From the NCBI GenBank assembly GCA_030141605.1, contig JAQGDQ010000020.1:310001-374000 (forward strand): 64,000 bases of DNA, in the 5' to 3' direction. The DNA is from Tubiluchus corallicola. Taxonomy: Eukaryota > Animalia > Priapulida. Numbering within the stretch: the stretch's first letter is position 1; every line of letters begins with the position of its first letter. Below are positions 51,077 through 64,000 of the stretch, in pieces. Under the pieces are notes generated by a model. The model saw only the letters and a list, made by a program, of their open reading frames with translations. It did no database searches and had not been told where the DNA came from. The position numbers and the translations under genes are program-made.

Positions 51077-54000
51077 TTCAGCTGTACAATTTTGAATACT
51101 GCAGCAGTTATTTTAATGACCTTTATTGCCGAATCAAGCGCACATCCATCCGTAAAGATTCATACACGACGTAAGTATTGACGAAATCAAGTCATTTAGT
51201 TTTTTCCTGAATCAAAAATAAATAAACGATTGGTATAAATTAAACAACCAAACAAATGGGAAGGAGACACAGAGATACATGATTTACAGTAAAATTCATT
51301 CACGTGAAACACGAAAACTGGAAAACGAAAATAAAATAAACAGAAAATGCTTTAGCAAAATTCAGTGTGCAAATTTTTACATCCACACATGGTATAGTAC
51401 ATAGTAGAACAGAATAGGCCCGGTTGTATTTGCTAATACTTTCAATTTCGATAATTGGCTTTCGGCGGTTACTGCCATTTAAAGTTTTTACATTTACACA
51501 CTGTAAATTTTTACATTTACAGTTTAAACATATTTTGTTGAATAAGAAATATTGCAATATGGCTTGAACAGACAGTTTTTAACAACTGCTAAATGTTCTC
51601 ACCAATGAAATGTGACACTTAGTAGAGTGCAGGTAATAGACAAACAGTAGAAGCATTACAGTATGACTACTAGCATAAATATATACATAGAATAATGTTG
51701 AGAAAGACATTAATGTTACTATGTAATCAATGTAAACTAGTACAGTAACTATTAGAGCTTAGTTAGAAATATAAATTTCTTTACAAGCTTAAATACTTGA
51801 ATATTAACAGATATACTTAAGTGTTGATTACCATGAAGAAGCAGATAAACGATTTCATTTGTTGACAACATGAATTACATGAATTTAAATAATCGATAGT
51901 TGATATCATGAAGTATTAGCGTATTATTTATTTAGAGCAAGCCTCCCTTTTAGATTACAGACCAAGTGTGAAGCCATAGTAACGCTACTTCAGTAACAGT
52001 AATATCGAACTAGCCATTGGCTCTTCCGGATTCTGGTTACTATCTTTTGTAATATAAAGTTGTAAACCAGGGTAACTGCGAGTTTTTTGCTTTTTCAGCG
52101 GTTATCTGCAGTCATAGGAAGACTGATAAAATATTGTTATGTTTTTCAGCTTGAAAACATCAATCAATTTTTAGTATTGTTTCACTGAAGCTACATTTTG
52201 ATTATGTTAACTGCATAGGTACCGATCGATATGATCCTACAAGATTCACTTTCCCGAGATATAATTCTATACAAAGCGATCTAACTCAGTATAAAAGCTT
52301 CGTGGAATCTTCTGTGACAGATCTTCAAAGTAAGTAGACCTGATTAAGTAGACACATCTATACGTGTATCAGGCTGACGCAGATAGAATTACGTAACACG
52401 TAATATGTGAATATTTTTAACATTAGTCGATGTACGTGTATAATAGACTTAATTTAGAAGAAAGGTTTTATGCTAAATTCGTTGAATTTAAAATTAAATG
52501 CAAAAGTATGTTTAATATTAATGTTTCCCTTTAATAGTGTACTTAATTTAATATACTTAGTAATACATAAGGATTACACAAATGTTATACACTTCCACAT
52601 GCTTATACATTTCCACGAATGTGTATCTACAGTGCTTATTGTGATGTCCTTAAACATTTTATCATGTTACACGTTTTTCTGCATGTGTAATGACTTGCAT
52701 GCAGTTAAAGGGCTACAGCTTTATACATTTTCGTTAAAATGAAACTTACCGCAAATAAGCCTAGTGTGGTAAAATTTTGGATAAATTCTAAATGCGATTT
52801 ACATATAAAGGGTAACTAGGAAAAGCATATATAGTCTAGTCTCACTTTCAGAAAAGTGGAACATTAGAGGCGCTTTTTTATAAATGGGCAACATAGCCAG
52901 TCTTATCAATTTAACTACACTGAATCCGAAAAACTTGTTGCCATCTCGAAAAATTAGCGGAAAGGGCTAAACGCAAAAAACAACATGGCCGCTAAGTTTT
53001 TGCGCAAACAACGTAAATTAAGAGAAATGTTTACAAAATTAACATTAAGAAGGCAACATGACAGCTATTCCAAGGATCCAGTTGGACGCGAGGAACTCAT
53101 TTCTGTCATTTTCATTTCAAAGATAATTACCGTTTTCAAAATTGCTGCCAAGCAATAATGCCGATCATGCAATTACATTAACTGTTTTATCATAGATTTA
53201 TTAAATAAACAAAAACCAATCAACTGGATCTTCTCGAATCTAGATAGCTGCTACTAGTATGAAAGTAATACAAAGCCATTCAAACAGCCCAATAAGTAAA
53301 AAACAAAACGGCCGACCTTGTGACTCTAAATACTGTTAGACTAATAACTAATAATAAGAAATGAGCAAAAAAGATAATGGCTGTCGCTGACGTGCTTGAC
53401 GTATAGTCCAGCAAAATTGTTCATTTCGTGTAAAGGTTATAAATTTAGCAGAATGCTAGAATGTCAAGGTAACTAATTTTGGATAAAAAATTCTTCAATA
53501 TGGGTGCCATTTTCAAGATGACCAGCACGATGGCTCGCTAGCATGTAGAGGCTATATATCTTAACCATTAGAACAGATGAGAAGACTTTGGTGTCATGCA
53601 GGGGTCAAGCAAGCCATAAATAAAGCTTAAAACACTTAAGCTCTAGTAGCTAAGATACGGCTTTAAAAAATTGGCAACAGCCTTCCATCTTCTTAGCAAT
53701 TTTGAAATCGTGGCAATATTGAATGATTTTCGTCTGGCCTCATATCCAAAATTGATCACTTTGATGGGTTTGAGTTTTATGTAATATAATCTTTATATGC
53801 CAGCGAACCATGTTGGCCATCTTGAAAATAGCGCCCATATTGGAAGACTTTTTATCCAAAATTAATCACCTTGACATTCTAGCATTCCGCGAAATTTTTA
53901 TAACTTTTACACGGCATGCAAAAATTTCCTTTTTGCTCACATCTAAATATTAGTTATTAGTCTAGCAGTATTTAGAGTCAATGTCGAATTAATAAAAATA

Positions 54001-57000
54001 ACCTGCCTTATATTTTTATAATAAATCTTTAGGTGAAACAGGTAATATAATTAATCGGCACAATTTATTTTTGTATGGCAGCCATTTTGAAAACCGTGAC
54101 CATTTCTGTAACAAAAATAACAGAAACGGGTTGCAAATTCAATGGAATAGATGTCATCATCACTTCATAATATCAATTTTCAGGGAACTTGTTTTGATTT
54201 ACATTGTGTGCGCAAAAACTTTGCAGCCATTGTATTTTTTGCATTTTTTACCATTTTCCATTAGTTTTTCAAGCCAGCAACAGGTTTTTGCTAAAACTGG
54301 CTATGTTGCCCACTTTTAGAAAAAATGCCTCTAGAAATTTATAGAAGCACCTTTCATGATTTTCTTCTAGTCTAATGGCGGCCATTTTGAAAGCGGTCGT
54401 CATTCTTGAAATGAAAGTTACAGAAATGGGTTCCACGAGTCCAACAGCCTTGGAATAGATGTCATTTAATGTTAATTTTCTAGAAATTTCTTTTAATTTG
54501 CGCACACTTCAGCACAGAACCTCTACTATGACTAAAAACAAAAATCTGCCTCGAAAGAACACTCATTTAGAAGTTAAAAAGAACAGCTTTTAGTTAGCCA
54601 TTCTTAGCACGGAAACGGAGATGGACTATGGAGACGGACGGGATTCAAAAAATCTAATCGATGGACGGGACTCAGGGTTGGCAGTCCTAGCACGTAAGTC
54701 TGACAGCATATGGTAACGTGCTACTCACTGGACCTAACTAGAAGATAAACTGTAGCTGAATGTGACATATTATATTAAGGTGATGTGCTTGCAATTAAGT
54801 GTCCCAGTGGTCCCAATGTGTTCTTCGTTATTGTTCAGTTGGGCATGAGCATGCCGAATCAATCACAATGTCACCTCAGTGCAATCAGAATCATCAGATT
54901 ACAGGCATTTTGTTGTAGGTCTGACCCCAACTTGTACAAACACTACAGAAGAGGCTATGGTTGTATTTCCGGAACGTGGTACAGAAGATTATATAAAACT
55001 AAATAATGTAATCACTACTGATTTGGACGCCATGACAACATGCATGGTAAGCCTCATTTCTGTAAAAAAATCAGATGAACATAAAGTAAGCCGAGGCTGC
55101 TGAAATGATTTTATCCTAGTCATAGTCGTCCACTATGGTTCCGAAGGGTAAAGAGATGAAGACTATAGGTTTTCAACAAATGTTGCTAGCTTCTCACTCA
55201 TCACTTACTATGTTATACTGTGGGATTACACATAAATCTCAAGGCAAATAATGTTTTACTAAGATGCAATCACACAAATCTCGAATCTTTTTGACAATCT
55301 AGTGAACTGACAGTCTGTTATCTATTTTGTGACTGAACAAATGGACTGTAATGGTTTTATTAATTTAATTTAAATGCTGCATTCGATTATTTTACCTATA
55401 ACCTCGTGAATAAAGACTAGTGGGGCATTATTGCCTATCGCCAGCTATCTCTAATATCACTATAAATGTAATTTTCTAGTGGATGAAAACTGATGTCCCA
55501 TTTACTGGTGATACTGTGGCCAAAGATGACGACATTGCACTTATATCATATGCTACTGGTCCGGCTGATGCATCTAACCAGTTTTTAGTCTTAGTTCGAG
55601 GAAACGACATTCTTGTATTTGTCAATGGAGAACTACAGTGAGATTATACTACGAACTACTAACATAGGATTCTATTTCTTTCACAATAAAACTTTTCCTT
55701 TGATCTTTTTCAGACTTTTCTCAAAACTTCTATACTTTTGTCTCACACAGTTTGTCAAAACTTTTCAAATGTTAAAGTTCTTTCTGACACTTTCTTAGAA
55801 ATGTGAAATTCAAGCAAATGAGTCGTTAATGATGTGTTGATGTACAGCCTAAAATAAAGGTACACCAAGAAAAACTTAACTTTCAAATTGGGCTATAATT
55901 ATGTAATTTTATGATCTATTTGAAAGTAGTATAACAATACCTAGAAATGTATTGAAACATCATTATATTCTAGCTTATTGCTGGCATATGGAGTGTTATT
56001 CCGAACCGAAAAAACCGATCCGAACCGATACCTATTTTTCTCAAAACCAGTATCGAATCGATATATTATTGATTTTCTTTGAAAGTAGATAATGATTTCC
56101 TCAAAACCGATACCGATTAACCGATCATTGATTATTGTTTAGATCAGCTATAAATGCAGATTATTAACATTTGTGTTCACAAGTGGAAAATTGGAAATAT
56201 CTTTCAAAACTGGAGATGTTTACCTGTCCATGTCTAAACATCTTGCTGCTAATGCTATCAAGTAATTACGCAACGAGAGACCTTCACAGTTTTTGTTGAA
56301 ATATGTATAAGCGTTAGTGTTGTTCCGAACCCGAAAAACCCATCCGAACCGACACAGATTTTTTATTTTCCCCGAAACCAATACCAAACCAACACAGATT
56401 TTTTTATTTTCTTCAAAACCGATACCGAACCCGCATTTTTCGCAAATACCGGGAACCGATCTGTCGGAACAACACTTCACTTAGGTATAGAAATTCTATG
56501 GTGTATCGGTTTTTATAAGTGCAATTTGATAGTATAGCACAATAATTTTATCAGTAAGAGCAACAATGGCATACCATGTTCTAATATGATCTTCAGTTTC
56601 CTTGTCGCTAACAAATTACCTATAATATCCATACTACCACACTTGCCGCAGAAATGTCAAGTTTATAATGGAATTCAATTATAAATAAACCGTGAAAGAA
56701 TAGAAATGTTTACCACGTAAATGCTGCAATGACACTTTATTAAATACTAATACACAGTTAACGCTGTTACGTTATTTTACAATGGCAGGACGATTACAGA
56801 TATTGCAGCCAATCTGAGGGACAATGAATGGCATTATGTTTGCATTGGCTGGTCAATGGACGGTTCGTTTTGCGTAACAGTGGATGGAGTAACAGGTCCG
56901 TGCTAACGTACTTCCATTTAGTTTTTTCATTATACTAGACGAATAATTATTTTATTTCCGCCTATTGCTTCTTGCTCCTTAGCTCTTGCTTCTTAAATAA

Positions 57001-58873
57001 TACCTCGTACTACACATATGCCATTGAGTTTTCACATTTGGAAATCAATGAAGTAACATGTATAAATTAATTTCAATGAATTTTGTATGCTAAAGATTAA
57101 AAAACATAAACAGTTGAGAGTGATAATAATAATTAATTCAAAAGATATAATTATCCTGTATTTATATTAAAAAATATTGTTACAGTTTGCAACTATTGGA
57201 CTATCCAGTTAGGATAACGTGTTTCTAGTTCAGTTTAATCACGTCCTGTGATCGCTGCAGCTATTCATTCTGTTCTCTCAGTATAGACTGTTGTTTTTGC
57301 AAAGTGAACTCATTTAAGTATTGTCACTTACAAATTATAGCAATGATATTTGCGTGGCAGTGCCTTTGCATTTTGTCTTTTTTGCTACATATTGTACATA
57401 GTTTTAACTAATTATTTAACGATAGAAACAAGTACATTTACTGGAGCTGGCGCAGATTCAATCCAATCAGGCGGATGTCTGATTTTTGGGCAAGACCAAG
57501 ACGATGTGGAAAGCGGCTTTGAAGAACGACAGAGCTTTCGAGGATGTGTTACAGATATTACGATATTTGACAGCAAATTAGAGGAAAATGTAATAGGTAA
57601 ATAAACTAATTATTCAGCTGGAAAAGAGATACTCTTTTATTGTAAAGCTGTTATATTTATCTCAAACTGTTTGTAATTACTGTGGCAGATTTTACTTATA
57701 TACAAAACGATTACTCTTACTATGATATGCAAAATTGATAAAAATTCTGCTCGCATTCATTACGGTTCATGTCACAATGTCGTAAACTGAAAGGCATATC
57801 AAAGTATTAGCATATGAAAATGCAGATTATCAGGGTCGGATTTACTTATAGACTAGACAAGCTGAAGCTGGGGCATTAAATCCGGGAGGGGGCCGGTTCT
57901 GGTAAGGGTAAAGTATAATTATCTTATTACTGTTACAAGTCTTTCCTATGCATATTGTGCACTAGTTTCTAAACAAGCCTTCTATTTTATTCAATAATAT
58001 CTCTGGGTGCGCCCTGAATTATTCTTTTCTAATAACTTCTGAAGATTTATTTTAGTGATGTGACAGAAGCAAGCTAATTATTATTTCAGTTTGACGGCAG
58101 TTTCTGCCCCAGTTGTAGCGAACTGAGCAGTAGACTTTTAAATATCAGTTTATGTATCACCTGAAGATAAACTAGCAGGCTAATTTTTCTAAAAAATTCC
58201 TAATAATTCTTTAAAATCTTTGCAAAACTTTGTCATTGTTTTTTTTTATTTATGCATTTTTTTTACTAACTACGGTATTTAGAAGTGTCATTATGATATT
58301 CATCATCCTCGGCTTCACTAAAGTGTGCTTAAAACTCTTCCCCTTCTATAGTCGTAATCGATGGTGGTGCATTGGGATGGACCTCACAAGTAGAACAGTC
58401 AAGGGCCTCTCTTATCTAATTAAGTCGGGCCCTGCAGATTATAATCAGTAAAGCTGCAAGTAGAACTGTGGGAAGTGAACGATGTGCATTTAATTAGAAT
58501 AGAATATCATATAAGAATTTATACTTTAGGTAATAGCAAATGTAATTGAAAATTTTCCAAAATCCTCATTTCAGAAGCAATGAGCACGAGTTGTTCAAAT
58601 ACCGGCACTCTGTTCACATGGGGTGATATAACAATGGAGACAGTCAGCGTACAGGAAACCGCGTCAACTTGTCCTAGTGCAGTGTTTACGGAAAGATGCA
58701 CTTTAACAGAAGAACAACTTGAAACTTTAATCAACTTTCTGATCAACTTTGCACAACAAACTGCTTCCTTAATCTGTGATGCCTTTGAAATTTTACAGCA
58801 TATCTATGAATTCTTGGCCCGCATTGCAAAACTATTCAAAAGTGTCATTTCAATGAAAAAGCATTACCATTAA
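51077..58873 (+). CDS. Secreted pentraxin-domain protein A2 (duplicate of A1; start codon uncertain)
   Basis: Exons 51077-51170, 52219-52329, 54919-55046, 55480-55637, 56789-56895, 57426-57596 and 58575-58873 have the same lengths and splice sites as A1, with no stops or indels. The ATG used in A1 is TTG here (51092). AATAAA at 58912. Confidence 0.85.
52832..54534. mobile_element. Foldback/Academ-like element in intron 2 of A2
   Basis: Duplicate of 20636-22326. Confidence 0.65.
57831..58434. mobile_element. hAT MITE in the last intron of A2
   Basis: Same TIRs and CAGATTAT TSD as 25694-26287. Confidence 0.88.
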
Positions 58874-60147
58874 GGTGCTACAGTAGCTATACAGAAAAGT
58901 ACGAATGCAAGAATAAAAATCTCGATAGGTAGGTTGGGACTGATAAGTTTTTCCTCAATAAAAAATTACATTAAATAGGCCTGTCTATTAGACTGCCTGC
59001 AGCATTGCGTTGTCTTTTCTGCCCAATTACAGTTTTAGCAAATTGGTTTGATTTAATGTTGAAACACATCTGCATAAAAGCTAATATAACAAAGAAATTC
59101 ATTTTAAACATAAATGTTACTAGGTTAATACAGCATTACTAAAATCAAACACAAAAATTTCATGATAATTCTTTTATTATTTTGTTGCAGTGTGAAACTT
59201 TATTTAAATTATAAAAGTCATTAACCATTATTGCTGTACACTTAATTAATTTGAAAAATTAAATAAATATTACCTCTAAGTTTATTAAACGCTGAAGACA
59301 AAATATGATTAGATGTCAAAATATAGTTTAGACATTTGTGATAACCATCTTATATTTAAAAATTGATTAAAAGCTTTGTACAGGCAAAAATAAGTTGCTT
59401 TAGTTTTGTCGGTGAGGTAACTGGAATCTCTGGTGCATTTAACAATTTGCACACACATGTGGTAAGTCACACAATTTTACACAAATTACATCACAGCATT
59501 ACAAACACCACAGATGACCAAAAATAATCTTGGAATATATCAAATAAGAAGGCAAGCAATTTATTTACTAAACTACAGTTGTACCGAAACTATAGGAGTC
59601 CTGTATGGTGTTCCATTACTGGCTGTATAAACAATAATACAGTGTATACTCCTGATCAAATCTATGATCTAAAAATAGAATGCTATTCACAACTTTCTGG
59701 GTTAAAAATGCACAGCAAATAGAGATTATAATTAACATTTCTGGTTAAATTTATGAAAACTATATTTTACCTAGATCAGAAGTTACTGACCAATTTTGCA
59801 ATGATCATAATTGTTTTAATATTACTATTGTAAGTTGTGACTCACAAAAACATTTTAGATAAACCCATACTAACTTATTTGAGCCTGCAATTTCTCAAAC
59901 ATGCTTTATTTAGGACAAACATGCCTCATGGCATTTCTGCAAATGAATGTATTGATAGCAATTTTAGTGGCTACCCACATCTACTACTCAACACAACAAA
60001 CATGCTTTATTTAGGACTAACATACCTCATGGCATTTCTGCAAATGAATGCAATGATAGTAATTTTAGTGGCTACCCACATCTACTACTCAACACAAAGC
60101 CAAAGAAAAGAGCAGTGAGTATCAGTCTTCTTTTCCTTTCAAACCTG

Positions 60148-60335
60148 ACATTAAGTCAGTACACCTGGTCTGCTCAGGCTCAAAACTGTCATCGGTAGAG
60201 TGCAGAGAACCACAGAATAGAAATTTACATTGTATATTACTATTCTGTGGTTCTCTGCACTTTACCGATGACAGTTTTGAGACTGAGTAGACCAGGTGTA
60301 CTGACTTAATGTACGACGTAAATTTCTATTCTGTG
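60148..60335. repeat. Near-perfect 165-bp inverted repeat overlapping a 125-bp MITE
   Basis: Arms 60148-60220 and 60240-60312 (73 bp, 3 mismatches) with a 19-nt loop. TIRs CACAGAATAGAAATTTA (60211) / TAAATTTCTATTCTGTG (60335). Confidence 0.92.
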
Positions 60336-60903
60336 CAAGGAAGTGTAATGCTGCCTCGGTGCACAGTTATTTTTCCGTTGATCACATCTAAAAATCTACT
60401 GTTCTCCTACAATTTTTTTCTTGCGGAGGATAAATTTTATGGTTACACCTCCTACAATGGACAGGCTTTGTTATAGGTTCAAACTAATTTTATCCTTCGG
60501 GAAACATACACGTGGACAAACTCGCACTTGTCAGAAGCATAATTTAAGTGACATAAAGCACCTGGTGGTAAGACATTCAAAAAGCAGGAATGATCAGAAA
60601 TTTTGTCAGTTTCACTGTTTAAATGGTCAAACTAATTTGTCAAACTAAAAGTTTGTCAGTTTATTGCTTACACAGTACGATATATAAGTGACTTTAGCTA
60701 AACGTTTTGTATGCTATACCTCATTACTAATATCTTTTCCATCTATCGCACATTGAAGTAGGTGCAAACAAATCTATGATTTGAACTTAAGATTAAACAT
60801 GCCTTCAGTGCTGCTTTAATAAATAGTAATATTTTGCATTTTTCTAGGAACATTAAGTGGCTTTTGTTAACCTGTCTGAACTGTTTTAATACTCTTATAC
60901 ATT

Positions 60904-63900
60904 TTACAATAAAGTAACATTATGAACAGAGAGAGTTTGGTTTTCAGCACCAGGAATAATAAGAGAATCAATTTGAACTAAAGTACATACATGCCTTAAG
61001 GCTGTCCTCCACGCTTCAGTTTTACCTACATAATCATCATAGATAGTTTTTGTATTACTGCCATAATAATTTCCTGTATCTCCCAGTTTGTCAGACATTT
61101 CCTTGCCCTGTTCGATCTCCAACATTTTGTAGCTGTGATCAATTGATTGCAAATACTGAACGAAGCCACGGCAAAGAAAGTGTGCAACTTCTCTCATTAA
61201 CAAGTCTCTCCTTGATAATCCCTTAGCTGCATAAAAAACAGGAAAGATGTACCACTGATTCAATTAATTTATACTGATTAAGGTCAAATATCTAAATTTA
61301 TTGAAAAGTTAAATAATGGCCAGCATTAAAACAAAGATATAACATTTTATCGATTTATTGGTAGAGATTATTATTATTGTTATTATTATTATTATTATTA
61401 TTATTAACATCATTTATTTTAGAACATACACACACATGTACTGTTACATACGTGGTTCAACTAAAAAAAGTAGACTGGTAGCAAAAGTAAAATAAATATC
61501 TTGTGGCCCGAATAATTAATAGGTAATAATGACTTAGAGTTCTCATAATAAAATTTCAAAAAATGTAATACACAATCTTTTTCATTTTAAAACTATTCAC
61601 TCTGAATCAGCTGCAAATTCTACTTTTGCAATGAATTAAGTAAGCGTCTCAACTTGTCTCAAACATCAAGAATGAGATTAATAAAATTTACTCATAATTC
61701 TCAATAAATAACAAATAGTTCTCAATTCCCAATTTATGAATGCATGAAATTTCATTTTGCATAAGCAATTAATTTATTTTTATTTAAATTAAATAGACTA
61801 GTGATAGAAAGAACCTTTATTTTGCCTAATGAAGCCGATACTGAACCTTTCATTTTAGTAGAGATAAAACATTGTTGGCAGAGCCCAAAAGAGTCGAATC
61901 ACAAGCAGTGTCGAATCAAATAAAAAACAAAATTGCTTTGCTTATAGGTCATACTGAAAAAAATATACGTGATTTGAAGGAGTTTTTCCTTTTGGTCTTA
62001 ATGCCATATTTTAACCTTATAAAAGCAAATTTGAAGTCCACAAAAAGCAGAACTTTGAAAGTAGCTATGTTATATGGCTGTATGGTATACAAGTCTTTTT
62101 CAACGTCGCACTTTTGCGACTGCATGTGTTGTTGCAGTCTACTGCAAGTTATCGCTGCCCCAAACCCCTTCACTATGTTGTTGCTTTTTAACTGGGCCAC
62201 ATTGACTTTTGCAGATTTGACAATAACTTCTTATGGTGTGTTACTAAAACAGAATCTTGTAAATAAACAAATAGTTGTTTGTTACTGAGTACTAATATTA
62301 ACTATTAGTTTTATTTCAACACATGTACACACATGCTAGCACACATACTTGCACTCACACACATACACACATGCACACCATCATAAATAAGTATGTAGTT
62401 AGAAACCAGTTTTCACCAAAGACACAATACTATTTCATAATATGCAATCATTTTACAAGAATGCAGAACAATCAGCCAAACAAACATTTCATCAATGATT
62501 TACAAGTGATTACATTAGTGACAAGAGCATACCATACAGTACAGTATCGTGGAATGCACCTGGCTTCAGACACTGATTAACTGGTAGCGTTACTTGTTGC
62601 GAAGCAACCCCAATCCCACGGCTGTAAAACTTTTCTACAAAGTTTTTGCAAGGCCGTAGCACTGAAATAAACAGATCTGTGTGACTGCGCTTAGTGCTGA
62701 GCTTGGGCGGCAGTCTATCGCCTTTCGTCCTTTGCATGAAAAACATAGGAGGCACTGTACCGCCTTCCATAGTGAAAGGGTTAAGATTCTGAATTGTGAC
62801 CAAAACTGCAAGTGCTGACTGTGAAAAATCTTTGCTGACTTGATTTTTGTGATCTCAAGATCATAATTTTGCTATTGCTGAATTCTCCATGCTTGATTAC
62901 CTAGAAAATCCATTTTTCTGCGACCCTATTTTAACACTGTCGCCTATATCACATGACCTGGTCACAGCACTTTTCAAAATTTTCTTAGCACATATCTATG
63001 CTCGACAGCTTACCCATAAGGCAATAACATAGGCTTCTAATCAATACTGTCAGTGGTGTTGAGCGACAAAGTCAGTTGCCCTAATTTTCACATTTTGGGT
63101 CCTACTGCTGTGAAGTTTAACCCAGAGGTCACCATTCCCATACCGCTCTGTGTCTACCTTAGTTAGGTGCCTACCCTGCAAGTTTCTTTATTCTAGCTTG
63201 TATACTTATGGAGTTATTGACCAAACCCCATTTTAACACTTTTGCACATATCACTTCTGTCTCCCACCCTCAGGTGACTACCCACCAACTTTGGTGACTC
63301 GCGGTACCATCGCTTTGGAGAAATAAATAAAGAAACGGTTGATTTCCAATATCGCAGAATGTTAACTGTGTTAATTAACGAATCGGGTCCATCGCGCAAG
63401 AGCTGCTAGTCGAAGTGAGACAAACAGGAGGGGTAAAATGTCATTGCTGAGCAAAATCAAACAAACCGATTCGGCAGTTTGATTCGGTTTCATCATTTCA
63501 GCCACTAAAATGCAAGTCATTATTATCATTTGACTTTTGATGCCTTTACTTGCATGATTTTGTTTTGCACTGGCATTTGTATTCATTGGCTGTTTTGTTT
63601 TTTATTATTTACGTTTGTTATTTTAAAAGAAAGTGTAAAATTATGAAATTTTGCACCAAGTAGTCAAAATGTTACAATATGATCCCTTTGCTGCCCCTCC
63701 TGTTTCCCAAGTTCATATTACAAATTTAATGTAAATTGTTGGATTTTAGAAAAGAATAAATTATTCAATTTCAATTTCAACAATATTACAGAGCCTTGAT
63801 GTTATTCTGGAACACTGCATATTAAGTGTAAATATGAAATAAACCAAAACTAAGAAAACTCCCTGCATGAAGTAAAAAAGTTTTTAAAGTGGCATAACGT

Positions 63901-64000
63901 TTTCGAAAAATTTACCTTGTAGCTTTTGCAAAACATTAATGCAAGTTTTCTCTGCCTGGCCACCACCTGGCAACAATATACCACTTGTGCTGACATTTCT
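60904..64000 (-). CDS. BBS12: Bardet-Biedl syndrome 12 chaperonin-like protein, last two exons (gene continues beyond the window)
   Basis: Exon 64000-63916 (RNVSTSGILLPGGGQAEKTCINVLQKLQ, donor gtaaa) joins in phase 1 to exon 61226-60904 (..EVAHFLCRGFVQYLQSI..IYDDYVGKTEAWRTALRHVCTLVQIDSLIIPG..*). This matches the recalled BBS12 motifs VFLGGGAVEFLC, VLKFLANGWQKYL and [31 protein letters not shown]. Confidence 0.85.
62581..62784. mobile_element. piggyBac-like non-autonomous end fragment in the BBS12 intron
   Basis: Terminus AGTGAAAGGG|TTAA at 62771-62784. No matching opposite end was found. Confidence 0.35.

Noticed and set aside
59897-60095. Short tandem duplication (~95 bp) present only in the A2 flank
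   Set aside because: An ordinary local slippage event in non-coding DNA.
61949-62250. Extra BBS12 exon (ORF with VKGFGAA)
   Set aside because: There is an in-frame stop after the candidate acceptor and an incompatible donor phase. The true GGG motif is in the 63916-64000 exon, which joins the last exon in frame.

Overview
AT-rich, intron-containing animal genomic DNA. It is probably from a marine invertebrate, but the taxon cannot be determined from this window; there is no prokaryotic content or CRISPR. The core is a tandem cluster of unusual secreted pentraxin-domain genes reconstructed by hand from GT-AG exons. There are two near-identical open copies (A1 19103-26726, A2 51077-58873, about 350 aa), a diverged paralog with frame lesions (B, 33165-46594), an inverted duplicate of the 3' end of B (14502-17148), and a relic paralog (C, 5509-12902) whose middle is replaced by a Gypsy retrotransposon. 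The predicted proteins read: signal peptide, short cationic peptide with dibasic sites, helix-Cys, pentraxin domain, Cys, long amphipathic C-terminal helix. The last two exons of a BBS12 chaperonin-like gene lie on the minus strand at the right edge. The rest is transposon-derived: Gypsy pol with a putative LTR, CR1 and RTE-X LINE fragments, hAT MITEs with 8-bp TSDs (one carrying a gag fragment), Academ-like relics, and a MITE+Helentron composite in three copies, one of which has grown a 30 x 47-bp tandem array. Much of 13.3-28.0 kb is a rearranged duplicate of 29.4-60.3 kb. All gene models, counts and family assignments are by eye and need computational or RNA confirmation.
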